From NCBI RefSeq assembly GCF_000025685.1, contig NC_013967.1:2520001-2552000 (forward strand): a DNA stretch of 32,000 nt. Reading direction: 5' to 3'. This document shows, in pieces, positions 1-8,397 of this stretch (position 1 is the first letter of the stretch; every line of letters starts with the position of its first letter). Both the position numbers and the translations under genes were made by a program. Source of the DNA: Haloferax volcanii DS2. GTDB taxonomy: Archaea > Halobacteriota > Halobacteria > Halobacteriales > Haloferacaceae. Below the pieces are notes generated by a model. That model was not told the DNA's origin. It saw only the letters and a list, made by a program, of their open reading frames with translations, and made no database searches.

Positions 1-1160
1 CAGGCGACCTCTCGGACGACGAGATCCACTCCGACCGCTTCCAAGAGGAGGTGCTCGACCTCTGTGTCGGCTGTAAGGGCTGTCAGAACGACTGTCCGAC
101 CGGCGTCGACTTGGCGAAGCTCAAAGCCGAGGTGAAACACGCCCACCACGCCGAGGCGGGCGCGTCGCTCCGCGAGCGCCTGTTCGCCAACATCGACCGG
201 CTGGCCGGCGTCGGCAGCGCGCTCGCGCCCGTCTCGAACTGGGCGGCCGAACTCCCGGGCGCGCGGGCCGCGATGGAACGACTCGCGGGCGTCGCCGCCG
301 ACCGGGCGCTCCCCTCGTTCACCCGCGACACGCTCGAATCGTGGATGGACGGGCGACGGCCCCGCGTCCCGGCGAGCGAGGCCGACCACCGCGTCCTCCT
401 GTTTCCCGACACCTACACGAACTACGTCACGCCTGAAATCGGGAAGGCCGCGGTTCGCGTGCTGGAGGCCACCGGCGTCCACGTCCGCCTCGCGGAGGGC
501 GTCGGTCCGAGCGGCCGGGCCGCCTACTCCGGCGGTTTCCTCGACCTCGCGCGACGGCGCGCGGGTCACAACGTCGAGACGCTCCGCCCGTCGGTCGAAA
601 ACGGCTGGTCGGTCGTCTTCGTCGAGCCCTCGGACGCGGTGATGTTCCAAGACGAGTACGCCGACCTGCTGCCGGACGACGCGGTCGCCCCGGTCGCCGC
701 GGCCGCCTCAGGGGTCATGGAGTTCCTCGACGCCCACCGGCTGGACGAGAACCTCCCGATTCGCGGGCGCTCGGCCGACGGCGACGACGCGGCCGGACCC
801 GTCGCCTCCGCGGTCGCTGACGGCGGTACCCTCGGGTCCCTCACCTACCACGGCCACTGCAACCAGAAGGCGCTGAACAAGGACCACCACGCGGTGGGCG
901 TCCTCCGGCGGGTCGGCTACGAGGTCGACCCCCTGGACTCGAGCTGCTGCGGCATGGCCGGGAGCTTCGGCTACGAGGCCGAACACTACGACCTCTCGAA
1001 GGCCATGGGAGACATCCTGCTCGAGCAGGTCGACGACAGTCAGGGCGACGAGGTGGTCGCCCCCGGCGCGTCGTGTCGGACGCAACTCGAAGACAGGGAC
1101 GACGCGGCGCGGCGACCGCCGCACCCGATAGAGAAGGTCGCGCAGGCGCTGTCGGGCTGA
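1..1160 (+). CDS. C-terminal part of an FAD-linked oxidase / (Fe-S)-binding fusion protein (GlcF/GlpC-type Fe-S and CCG domains; glycolate oxidase or D-lactate dehydrogenase-like). 5' end lies outside the window.
   Basis: Frame 3 is open from the window edge, so the ORF-track Met at 51 is internal. It has a ferredoxin-type 4Fe-4S motif (CVGCKGCQNDCP) and a cysteine-rich CCG-type motif (SSCCGMAGSFGYE). Stop is TGA at 1158-1160. Confidence 0.75.
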   Translation, partial: GDLSDDEIHSDRFQEEVLDLCVGCKGCQNDCPTGVDLAKLKAEVKHAHHAEAGASLRERLFANIDRLAGVGSALAPVSNWAAELPGARAAMERLAGVAADRALPSFTRDTLESWMDGRRPRVPASEADHRVLLFPDTYTNYVTPEIGKAAVRVLEATGVHVRLAEGVGPSGRAAYSGGFLDLARRRAGHNVETLRPSVENGWSVVFVEPSDAVMFQDEYADLLPDDAVAPVAAAASGVMEFLDAHRLDENLPIRGRSADGDDAAGPVASAVADGGTLGSLTYHGHCNQKALNKDHHAVGVLRRVGYEVDPLDSSCCGMAGSFGYEAEHYDLSKAMGDILLEQVDDSQGDEVVAPGASCRTQLEDRDDAARRPPHPIEKVAQALSG

Positions 1161-1274
1161 GCGGGCGCGCGTCGGCGCAGTCGTCGGGTTCCCGCGGGTC
1201 GGGACGGTATCCGTCTCGCGGCGTTCCGCAATCACATCCCTTTTGCCGGTTTGCGTGGCAGGTGAAGGCAGACC

Positions 1275-2462
1275 ATGTCCGATGCACCCGATGTCGGCGA
1301 ACTCACCCCGCCGAATCGCACGCTGATGGGCCCCGGCCCGAGCGACGTTCACCCGCGCGTCCTCCGCGCGATGTCCACGCCGCTCGTCGGCCACCTCGAC
1401 CCGTCGTTTATCGAGGTCATGAACGAGGTGCAGGAGCTCATGCGCTACACGTTCCGCACCGACAACAAGTGGACGATTCCGGTCTCGGGGACCGGGTCGG
1501 CGTCGATGGAGGCGGCCATCGGCAACCTCGTCGAACCGGGTGACACGATGCTCGTCCCGACGAACGGCTACTTCGGCGGGCGCATGGAGTCGATGGCCGA
1601 GCGCGCCGGCGGCGAGGTCGTCCACGTCGACGCGCCGTGGGGCGAGCCGCTCGACTCCGCGGACGTACAGGACGCCTTCGACGAGCACCAGCCGGACGTG
1701 TTCGGGTTCGTCCACGCCGAGACCTCGACGGGCGTGAAACAGCCGAGCGTCCCCGAACTGACGAGCATCGCCCACGACCACGACGCGCTCGTCGTCGCCG
1801 ACACCGTCACCTCGCTCGGCGGGGTCGAACTCGAAGCCGACGACTGGGGCATCGACGTGGCCTACTCCGGCCCGCAGAAGTGCCTGTCGTGCCCGCCGGG
1901 CGCGAGCCCGCTGACGCTCAACGACCGCGCGATGGACAAGGTGCTCTCGCGGGAGGAACCCACCCGCTCGTGGTACCTCGACCTGTCGCTGCTGGAGGGC
2001 TACTGGGGCGACGACCGCTCGTACCACCACACCGCGCCCATCACCAACGTCTACGCCATCCGCGAGGCGCTCCGACTGGTCGCGGAGGAAGGCATCGAGG
2101 AGCGGTGGGCGCGTCACCGTCGGGTCGCGGGCGCGCTGAAAGCCGGCGTCGAGGCGATGGGTCTCGGTCTCAACCCCGAAGACGAGTACTGGCTGCCGAG
2201 CCTCAACGCGGTGCTCGTCCCCGACGGCGTGGACGCCGGCGCGGCAATCGACTACGTGCTCGACCACTACGACCTCGAAATCGCCGGCGGCCTCGGCGCG
2301 CTCGCGGGCGACATCTTCCGCGTCGGCTGCATGGGCCACTCGGCGCGGCCGGAGAACGTCTCGTTCCTCCTGACCGCCCTCGGAGAGGCGCTCGAAGCGC
2401 AGGGCGCGGACGTGGACCCCGAAGCCGGCTTCGCCGCCATGCGCGAAGCGCTGAACCAGTAA
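1275..2462 (+). CDS. Class-V PLP-dependent aminotransferase (serine-pyruvate / alanine-glyoxylate aminotransferase type)
   Basis: 395-aa ORF with an ATG start and G/C-dominated third positions. The N-terminal LMGPGPS...HPRVLRAM signature, length and overall pattern are typical of AGXT/SgaA-type class-V aminotransferases. Confidence 0.85.
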   Translation: MSDAPDVGELTPPNRTLMGPGPSDVHPRVLRAMSTPLVGHLDPSFIEVMNEVQELMRYTFRTDNKWTIPVSGTGSASMEAAIGNLVEPGDTMLVPTNGYFGGRMESMAERAGGEVVHVDAPWGEPLDSADVQDAFDEHQPDVFGFVHAETSTGVKQPSVPELTSIAHDHDALVVADTVTSLGGVELEADDWGIDVAYSGPQKCLSCPPGASPLTLNDRAMDKVLSREEPTRSWYLDLSLLEGYWGDDRSYHHTAPITNVYAIREALRLVAEEGIEERWARHRRVAGALKAGVEAMGLGLNPEDEYWLPSLNAVLVPDGVDAGAAIDYVLDHYDLEIAGGLGALAGDIFRVGCMGHSARPENVSFLLTALGEALEAQGADVDPEAGFAAMREALNQ

Positions 2463-2589
2463 CGGCTCCGAACCGGCGGCAATTCGCCGTGAACCGCGTC
2501 GAAACTCAGCGAAACCGACGCAAAACGCCCGCCACGGTGTCCGCTTTTCATGAGCATCGACCCGCGAGTGGCGACCGGAGCGACTCACC

Positions 2590-2862
2590 ATGAACCGACG
2601 CAGACTCTCCCTCGTCGGCGTCTTGCTCGCCGTCCTCGTCACGACCGCGGGCGTCGCCGCCGCCGCACCGAACGACACCGCGCGCGAATCGTCCCCCGCG
2701 TCCGAGGCCGGCCAGCGGGGGCCGCCCGGCGAACTCCCCGGCCCGGTCCCCGAGTTCGTCTCAGGCGTCCACGACCTCGTGAGCGACTTCCTGAGCGGGG
2801 GCCTCGACGGGTCGCTCGGGGGCTCGCTGAGCGACCGCGCGAACGACGTTTCGGGTGCGTAA
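2590..2862 (+). CDS. Small exported protein of unknown function (90 aa) with an N-terminal signal peptide
   Basis: MNRRRLSLVGVLLAVLVTTAGVAAAAP has an arginine cluster, a hydrophobic core and an Ala-rich cleavage region. Third positions are G/C-rich. I recognise no family. Confidence 0.5.
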   Translation: MNRRRLSLVGVLLAVLVTTAGVAAAAPNDTARESSPASEAGQRGPPGELPGPVPEFVSGVHDLVSDFLSGGLDGSLGGSLSDRANDVSGA

Positions 2863-2933
2863 CTAAGTGTGACCCGACGCTATCGAGCGACGTGGCACAT
2901 GACAGCCGCCCAATATGAGGTCCCAACTCAGTT

Positions 2934-3542
2934 ATGAGACGCACAGTTTTCGTCGCCGCGACAGTGCTGGTCCTGCTCACGGCCGGTGTCGCCGCCGCGT
3001 TCCTGGCGGGAATCGGACCGTTCGCTGACACGACCTCCGCCGACGGCTCCGACGGAGCGTTCCCCACGCAGACGACCGTGTCGCCCGACGGCGGCGGGGG
3101 GGACAGCAGTGACACCGGCGGGAACGACACCGGGAGCAACGACAGCGATGGCGACGGCGATAGCGGCGACGGTGACGCGACCGAGACCCAATCGAGGCCG
3201 CCGTTCGGCGTCGTCGTCGTCGACATAGAGGAGTGCGGACAGACCTGCCGCGACGTGACGAGCACGATAACGAACCAACAGGACACCGATAGCTCCGGCG
3301 TCACCCTGTACAGTCGCATCTTCGTCGGCAACGACACCGACCCGGACGACGAGGTCTGGCGCGGGACCCAAGCGGTCGGTGACCTCGCGGCCGGCGAGTC
3401 GTACACGACGACGAAGCGCGTCGAACTGTCGTACTCGGAGGTGTTCGCGGTCCAGCAGGCGGACGGCTGGATTACGGTCCAGACGACCATCGAGACGGAC
3501 AACCGGACGCTGACGTACACTGAACAGCGCGACGTGGCGTAG
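2934..3542 (+). CDS. Membrane-anchored or exported protein with an acidic G/S/D/T low-complexity linker and a C-terminal beta-rich (CARDB-like?) domain
   Basis: N-terminal hydrophobic segment (VFVAATVLVLLTAGVAAAFLAG). Linker SPDGGGGDSSDTGGNDTGSNDSDGDGDSGDGD. The C-terminal ~110 aa has alternating beta-strand pattern (VTLYSRIFVGN...VGDLAAGESYTTTKRVEL) reminiscent of CARDB-type domains. Confidence 0.6.
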   Translation: MRRTVFVAATVLVLLTAGVAAAFLAGIGPFADTTSADGSDGAFPTQTTVSPDGGGGDSSDTGGNDTGSNDSDGDGDSGDGDATETQSRPPFGVVVVDIEECGQTCRDVTSTITNQQDTDSSGVTLYSRIFVGNDTDPDDEVWRGTQAVGDLAAGESYTTTKRVELSYSEVFAVQQADGWITVQTTIETDNRTLTYTEQRDVA

Positions 3543-3699
3543 TCGGAGAGGCCGCGGCGCGGGACTGAGCGACGAACTCTCCCGCCGTCCCCGTCGCGCG
3601 ATAGTCTTCGGTCACTGGTGGGCCGGCCGTCACGCTTCCGACTGACACCGTGACTGTGGTTCGCGTCTGAAACGACCGATAGCAGTTTTGCTTGACAGG

Positions 3700-3768
3700 T
3701 GAAATTATTATTTAGACATGGCAAATTCAGACGTTTGCGTATGTGAACAACCGAGGTGTCGGTAGGGG
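3700..3768 (+). promoter_or_regulatory. Putative mntH promoter: AT-rich TATA-like box (3702-3714), palindrome GCAAA-N8-TTTGC (3721-3738) and a GAGGTG Shine-Dalgarno-like element (3753-3758)
   Basis: This is the only AT-rich stretch in the 226-bp spacer upstream of mntH. The inverted repeat was read directly from the sequence. Confidence 0.4.
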
Positions 3769-5001
3769 ATGCGCCCCTCGCTCCGCGAACTGCTCTCGTA
3801 TCTCGGCCCCGGTTTTATCATCAGCGTCGCCTACATGGACCCCGGAAACTGGGCGACAAACATCTCGGGCGGCGCGAAGTTCGGCCCCGCCCTGCTGTGG
3901 GTCATCGTCCTCGCCAGCGTCATGGCGATGGGGATTCAGGTGCTCGCCGCCAAACTCGGCATCGCCACCGGGAAGGGCGTGGCACAGCTCTGCCGGGAGC
4001 GCTTTTCGGGGCCCGTCGTCGTGCTTCTGTGGGCCGCCGCGGAACTGGCGATGGTCGCCACCGACATGGCCGAAATCATCGGGGCCGCCATCGGGTTCAG
4101 CCTCGTTTTCTCCCTGCCGCTGTGGGCCGGATCCGTCCTCGCGGCGGTGAGCTCGTTCGCCCTGCTCGGCGTTCGGACCGCACACAAACGGGGGTTCCGC
4201 TGGGTCGAACTCACCATCATGTCGCTCGTCGGCGTCATCGCCCTCGCGTTCGTCTTCGAGATGGCGCTGGCGAGACCGACCGCTTCGACCGTCGCCTCCG
4301 GCCTCGTCCCGACCGTCCCGAACGCCTCGGCGCTGTACGTCGCCATCGGCATCCTCGGCGCGACCGTGATGCCGCACAGCGTCTATCTCCACCCGTACAT
4401 CGTACAGGACCGCCGCGACCGGCTCATCGAGTCCGACGGCGACACCGAGGCCGTCCACCGCCGCCACTTCCGGCTGGAGCGCCTCGATACCGTCGTCGCG
4501 CTCTTCGGCGCGATGTTCGTGAACGCCGCGATGCTCATCGTCGCCGCCGCCGCGCTTCAGGGGACGGGCATCGAGACGCTCGAAGAGGCGTACGTCACCC
4601 TCAGCGGCGTCTTCGGGGCGAACGCGAGCCTCGCGTTCGGCGTCGCGCTCATCGCCGCCGGGCTCTCGTCGTCGCTCGTGGCGACGATGGCCGGCCAGAC
4701 CGTCATGGACGGCTTTCTGGACCTCGACATCAACGTCTGGCTCCGGCGGTCGGTCACGCTCGTGCCGAGTCTCCTCATCGTCGCCGCGGGCTTCGACCCC
4801 ACGTCGGTGCTCGTCGCCTCGCAGGTCGCGCTGAGCTTCGAGCTCCCGTTCGTCCTGATTCCGCTCCTCTGGTTCACCCACGAGGCGTCGCTGATGGGAA
4901 ACTTCCGCAACCGGGCGACCACGACCGGCGTCCTCGGCGTCGCCATCGCCGTTATCGTGGCCCTGAACGGTTGGCTCCTGTACTCGACGCTCCTCGGGTG
5001 A
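3769..5001 (+). CDS. mntH: NRAMP-family divalent metal (Mn2+/Fe2+) transporter
   Basis: 410 aa and polytopic. The N-terminal LGPGFIISVAYMDPGNWATNISGGAKFG is the hallmark NRAMP DPGN motif region. Confidence 0.9.
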   Translation: MRPSLRELLSYLGPGFIISVAYMDPGNWATNISGGAKFGPALLWVIVLASVMAMGIQVLAAKLGIATGKGVAQLCRERFSGPVVVLLWAAAELAMVATDMAEIIGAAIGFSLVFSLPLWAGSVLAAVSSFALLGVRTAHKRGFRWVELTIMSLVGVIALAFVFEMALARPTASTVASGLVPTVPNASALYVAIGILGATVMPHSVYLHPYIVQDRRDRLIESDGDTEAVHRRHFRLERLDTVVALFGAMFVNAAMLIVAAAALQGTGIETLEEAYVTLSGVFGANASLAFGVALIAAGLSSSLVATMAGQTVMDGFLDLDINVWLRRSVTLVPSLLIVAAGFDPTSVLVASQVALSFELPFVLIPLLWFTHEASLMGNFRNRATTTGVLGVAIAVIVALNGWLLYSTLLG

Positions 5002-5127
5002 CCGGGCGGGGGCGGGGGCGGCCGAACGTCGGATTAGCTCCGCGACTGTCCGGAGGACCGGACGGCCGCCGACAGCCCGCCCCACCGCTTCCGCAACGAC
5101 TTTTCGCGCCGGCCGCAAAGCCGAGGT

Positions 5128-6414
5128 ATGAACATCGAGGTTCGCGAACTGGCCGACCTCGGCACCGACGCCCGCCGCGCCTTCTTCGAGCGGGACGCCG
5201 GCGTCGGGGAGGTCCAGTCCGACGTGCGCGACATCGTCGAGCGCGTCCGCCGAGAGGGCGACGTTGCGGTCCGGGAGTTCTCAAACGAGTTCGACGGCGT
5301 CCAGGTCGGCAACATCGACGTGACCGACGCCGCCGAGCGCGCCTACGACGAAATCGACGACGACGTGCGCGAGGCCATCGAGGCCGCCGCGGCGAACGTC
5401 CGCGAGTTCCACGAAAAACAGGTCCCCGAGGACTGGCACGAGGAGTTCGGCGACGTCGGCACCCGCGAACTCGGGCGTCGGTACCGCCCGCTCGACCGGG
5501 TCGGCGTCTACGCCCCCGGCGGCACCGCCGCCTACCCCTCGAGCGTCCTGATGGGCGTCATTCCCGCGAAGGTCGCGGGGGTCGAACACGTCGCGGTCGC
5601 CACGCCGCCCGCGGAGCCGATGAACCCCGTCACGCTCGCCGCGATGCACGTCGCGGGCGCGGACGCGGTCTACTCGGTCGGCGGCGCGCAGGGCATCGCC
5701 GCGCTCGCCTACGGCACGGAGACGGTGAAGGCCGTCCAGAAGGTCGTCGGCCCGGGCAACAAGTGGGTCACCGCGGCGAAGGCCGAGGTCCGCGGCGACG
5801 TTGACATCGACTTCCTCGCCGGTCCCTCCGAGGTGCTCGTCGTGGCCGACGAGACGGCCGAGGCGCGGTTCGTCGCCGCCGACCTCGTCGCGCAGGCCGA
5901 ACACGACCCGAACGCGTCGGTCGTCGCCGTCACCGACGACGCCGACCTCGCCGCCGAGGTCGTCGCGGAGGTAGAGCGACAGGCGGGCGAGCGCGAGCGC
6001 GCGGAGACCATCGAGGCGGCGCTCGAAGGCGACGCGTCGGGCGTCCTCCTCGCGCGGTCGATGTCCGAGGCGGTGCTGTTCGCCGAGGAGTACGCCGCCG
6101 AGCACCTGACGATTCAGGCCGACGACGACGAGGCGCTGTTGGACCGCATCGACTCCGCGGGGAGCGTCTTCCTCGGCCCGTACACGCCCGTCGCGGCCGG
6201 CGACTACGCCTCCGGGACGAACCACGTCCTCCCGACCGGCGGCGGCGCGAAGCGACAGGGCGGCCTCTCGGTGGACCACTTCGTCCGCTCGACGACGGTC
6301 CAGCGCCTCGACCGCGACGGGCTGTCGGAGCTTTCCGAGACGATTACGACGCTCGCGGAGGCGGAGGGCCTCGACGCCCACGCCCAGAGCGTCCGCGAGC
6401 GGTTCGAAGAGTGA
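5128..6414 (+). CDS. hisD: Histidinol dehydrogenase
   Basis: 428 aa. The characteristic HisD stretches are colinear: YAPGGTAAYPSSVLM, VGPGNKWVTAAK, AGPSEVLVVADE, DLVAQAEHDP and DYASGTNHVLPT. Confidence 0.92.
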   Translation: MNIEVRELADLGTDARRAFFERDAGVGEVQSDVRDIVERVRREGDVAVREFSNEFDGVQVGNIDVTDAAERAYDEIDDDVREAIEAAAANVREFHEKQVPEDWHEEFGDVGTRELGRRYRPLDRVGVYAPGGTAAYPSSVLMGVIPAKVAGVEHVAVATPPAEPMNPVTLAAMHVAGADAVYSVGGAQGIAALAYGTETVKAVQKVVGPGNKWVTAAKAEVRGDVDIDFLAGPSEVLVVADETAEARFVAADLVAQAEHDPNASVVAVTDDADLAAEVVAEVERQAGERERAETIEAALEGDASGVLLARSMSEAVLFAEEYAAEHLTIQADDDEALLDRIDSAGSVFLGPYTPVAAGDYASGTNHVLPTGGGAKRQGGLSVDHFVRSTTVQRLDRDGLSELSETITTLAEAEGLDAHAQSVRERFEE

Positions 6415-6510
6415 ACTGAGGCGTTCCACCGGGTAGCCACAGCCTACCGGGGCGGCGCGCGAAGTTCCGCCTGCGCCACAGTTATCCGTTCCCACAGTAT
6501 AGTGGGACGT

Positions 6511-6876
6511 ATGAGCACGGAATCCGCGAGTGGCGGCGGCGATATGGCGGTCACGGTCACGCCCGCGGCCGCGGACGAAGCCGTCTCCCTCCTCGAAGGG
6601 GAGTCGATGGACACCGACGTGGCCGGACTTCGGCTGTTCGTCCAGCAGGGCGGCTGCGCCGGTCTGTCCTACGGGATGCGCTTCGACAACGAACCGGAAG
6701 ACGACGACACGGTCGTCGAACAGCACGGCCTCCGCGTGTTCGTCGACCCCGCGAGCATGAACTACATCGGCGGTTCGACCCTCGACTTCGAGGGCGGCCT
6801 GCAAGGCGCGGGCTTCCACGTCAACAACCCGAACGCCGAGAGCAGCTGCGGCTGCGGCGAGTCGTTCCGGACGTAG
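6511..6876 (+). CDS. Iron-sulfur cluster insertion/assembly protein, HesB/IscA family
   Basis: GGCAGLSYGMRFD core and the C-terminal CGCGESF motif are diagnostic of A-type Fe-S carriers. The start is uncertain: GTG 6502, ATG 6511 or ATG 6544 (MAVTVTP...). Confidence 0.85.
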   Translation: MSTESASGGGDMAVTVTPAAADEAVSLLEGESMDTDVAGLRLFVQQGGCAGLSYGMRFDNEPEDDDTVVEQHGLRVFVDPASMNYIGGSTLDFEGGLQGAGFHVNNPNAESSCGCGESFRT

Positions 6877-6915
6877 GGACCAATTTCTTAAGCCACCCGC
6901 GCGCGAATCGGTGGC

Positions 6916-7164
6916 ATGGCCGAACTCCAGACCCAGACCGTATCGAGCGGTAAGACCGTCTTCGTCGCCACCGACGAGCCCGAACGCGGCTCGAAGGGAC
7001 CGTTCTACGTCGTCTATTCGACCGAGGACGCCGAGAACCGATGGGGCTACCTCTGCGGCAACTGCGACTCGTTCGACACCGCGATGGACACGATGGCCCG
7101 CATCGAGTGCAACAACTGCGGGAACGTCCGCAAACCCGAGGAGTGGGACGCCGCTCACGAGTAG
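6916..7164 (+). CDS. Small zinc-ribbon protein (82 aa), function unknown
   Basis: Two CxxC pairs (CGNC ... CNNC), acidic composition, and an AT-rich box (tttcttaag, ~6883-6891) about 28 bp upstream of the ATG. Confidence 0.6.
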   Translation: MAELQTQTVSSGKTVFVATDEPERGSKGPFYVVYSTEDAENRWGYLCGNCDSFDTAMDTMARIECNNCGNVRKPEEWDAAHE

Positions 7165-7252
7165 CCGGGCGTCTCGGCGCGACCGTTCGTCAATTATTGG
7201 TATGGTATGGCGTGACAATCTTTATCAGGAGTGCGGGTGTACGTAGACGTGC

Positions 7253-7597
7253 ATGGCCCAGGCTTCGATGCCTCCTGTTCAGGAGGCTCGGTCGATATTC
7301 GGCCGGCTCGGCTACTCCGTCTCGGGGGACGGACCCGATATGCTGGCCGAACGCAAGTGGCGTACGGTCCACGTGACCGCACTGAGTTCGCGCGAAGCGA
7401 CTGAATGCCGTCCGGTGCTCGCAGACGGCGGCACCGAGACACCGTATCGGTTCCGCTGCTTCGTGACGTGGGACGACCACATCAGCGCGCTTCGAGAGCG
7501 GCTTCGCGGTATCGACCTTCCATACGAGTGGGCAATCATCGGCGTGTCGAACGGTGGTGGGAACGACTACGAGGTCGTTCACGGCACGAACACGTAA
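7253..7597 (+). CDS. Hypothetical protein (114 aa) with weak resemblance to a restriction-endonuclease/Hjc-like fold at the N-terminus
   Basis: ATG lies ~30 bp downstream of a TATA-like ctttatc. Third positions are G/C-rich. EARSIFGRLGYSVSGDGPDMLAERKWRTVHV resembles the helix-strand-D...ExK layout of PD-(D/E)xK nucleases, but the match is incomplete. Confidence 0.55.
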   Translation: MAQASMPPVQEARSIFGRLGYSVSGDGPDMLAERKWRTVHVTALSSREATECRPVLADGGTETPYRFRCFVTWDDHISALRERLRGIDLPYEWAIIGVSNGGGNDYEVVHGTNT

Positions 7598-7604
7598 TCG
7601 AAAT

Positions 7605-7631
7605 GGGGCGGTTTCGCCCAAACGTTTTCTC
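7605..7631 (+). terminator. Hairpin plus T-tract downstream of the 114-aa gene
   Basis: 5-bp GC stem (7606-7610 / 7615-7619) with a GTTT loop, followed by TTTT at 7625-7628. Oligo-T tracts are the usual haloarchaeal termination signal. Confidence 0.3.
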
Positions 7632-7653
7632 AGCCCGTCGCTAACGGGCGAGC

Positions 7654-8397
7654 ATGTCGCAGGCCGCACAGACGGAGTTGGCGCGATTCGTCCGGAGCAG
7701 ACGGCTCAACGCGGCGCTCGCGTGGCTGTTCGTCGGCTTCCTCGTCGCCGTCGCCGTCGGGAGCGTCGTCACCGGCGGCGACCTCGTCTGGGGCGGGTTC
7801 GCGGCCGTCGTGGCCGCGGTCACCGTCGTCCCCGCCGTCGCCTTCCGCGAACCGCGAGCGATGCTGCCGTGGGAGGTCGTCGCGCTCGCCTCGTTCCCGC
7901 TCGTCGCCCGCGTTCTCGTCCGGGGCCAGACCATCGGCGGCGTGACGTTCACCGGGCGCGTGTCGACGTATCTCGCGGTGGCCGCCATCGCGCTCATCGT
8001 CGCCGTCGAACTCGACGTGTTCACGCCGGTCCGGATGAACCACTCCTTCGCCGTCTTCTTCGTCGTCATCGCCACGATGGCCGCCGCGGGCGTCTGGGCG
8101 GTCGTCCAGTGGCTCTCGGACCTCTACCTCGGGACGCGCCTGCTGTTGAACGGGCGGCCCGAGCACGTCGTCGAGGCGGGGCTGATGTGGGACTTCGTCG
8201 CCGCCACCGTCGCCGGACTCCTCGCCGGATTGCTGTTCGAGTACTACTTCCGCCGCCGGGCCGGGTCGCGCGAGCGACTCCCCGAGGAGGTGGCGGAGAT
8301 GGCCGAGGAGTCGGAGGCGGCGGAGGTAGCCGGGCTCTCGGACGCGGCGGAGACGGACGGCGATTCCCGCGCGCCGGAGGGAGGTGAGTCGCCGTGA
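7654..8397 (+). CDS. Polytopic membrane protein (247 aa) with an acidic C-terminal tail; paralogue of the next gene
   Basis: About six hydrophobic segments, with tail EEVAEMAEESEAAEVAGLSDAAETDGD. The stop overlaps the next start (GTGA at 8394-8397). Confidence 0.65.
   Translation: MSQAAQTELARFVRSRRLNAALAWLFVGFLVAVAVGSVVTGGDLVWGGFAAVVAAVTVVPAVAFREPRAMLPWEVVALASFPLVARVLVRGQTIGGVTFTGRVSTYLAVAAIALIVAVELDVFTPVRMNHSFAVFFVVIATMAAAGVWAVVQWLSDLYLGTRLLLNGRPEHVVEAGLMWDFVAATVAGLLAGLLFEYYFRRRAGSRERLPEEVAEMAEESEAAEVAGLSDAAETDGDSRAPEGGESP

Noticed and set aside
708-2678. Very long alternative-frame and antisense ORFs throughout the window. Examples: 708-2678(-), 3727-5118(-), 3756-5804(+), 5281-7218(-), 10342-11373(-), 10449-11774(+), 12413-13633(-), 12496-14034(+), 14432-15400(-), 15561-16865(-), 16379-17503(+), 17869-19317(+), 17981-19063(-), 21174-22742(+), 22859-23908(-), 23934-24932(-), 25223-26791(-), 27989-29491(+), 29667-30908(+), 29683-30597(-).
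   Set aside because: Their translations are R/A/G/P/V/D-rich low-complexity strings with no recognisable motifs. Each is fully overlapped by an ORF in another frame that matches a well-known family. Stop-poor off-frames are expected in DNA this GC-rich.
6487-6502. Palindrome CCCAC-agtata-GTGGG just upstream of the IscA-family gene as an operator.
   Set aside because: It is a short 5-bp stem that coincides with the AT-rich promoter or start region. It may simply be the TATA element. There is no second copy or known regulator motif to support a call, and it mainly adds uncertainty to the start codon choice.
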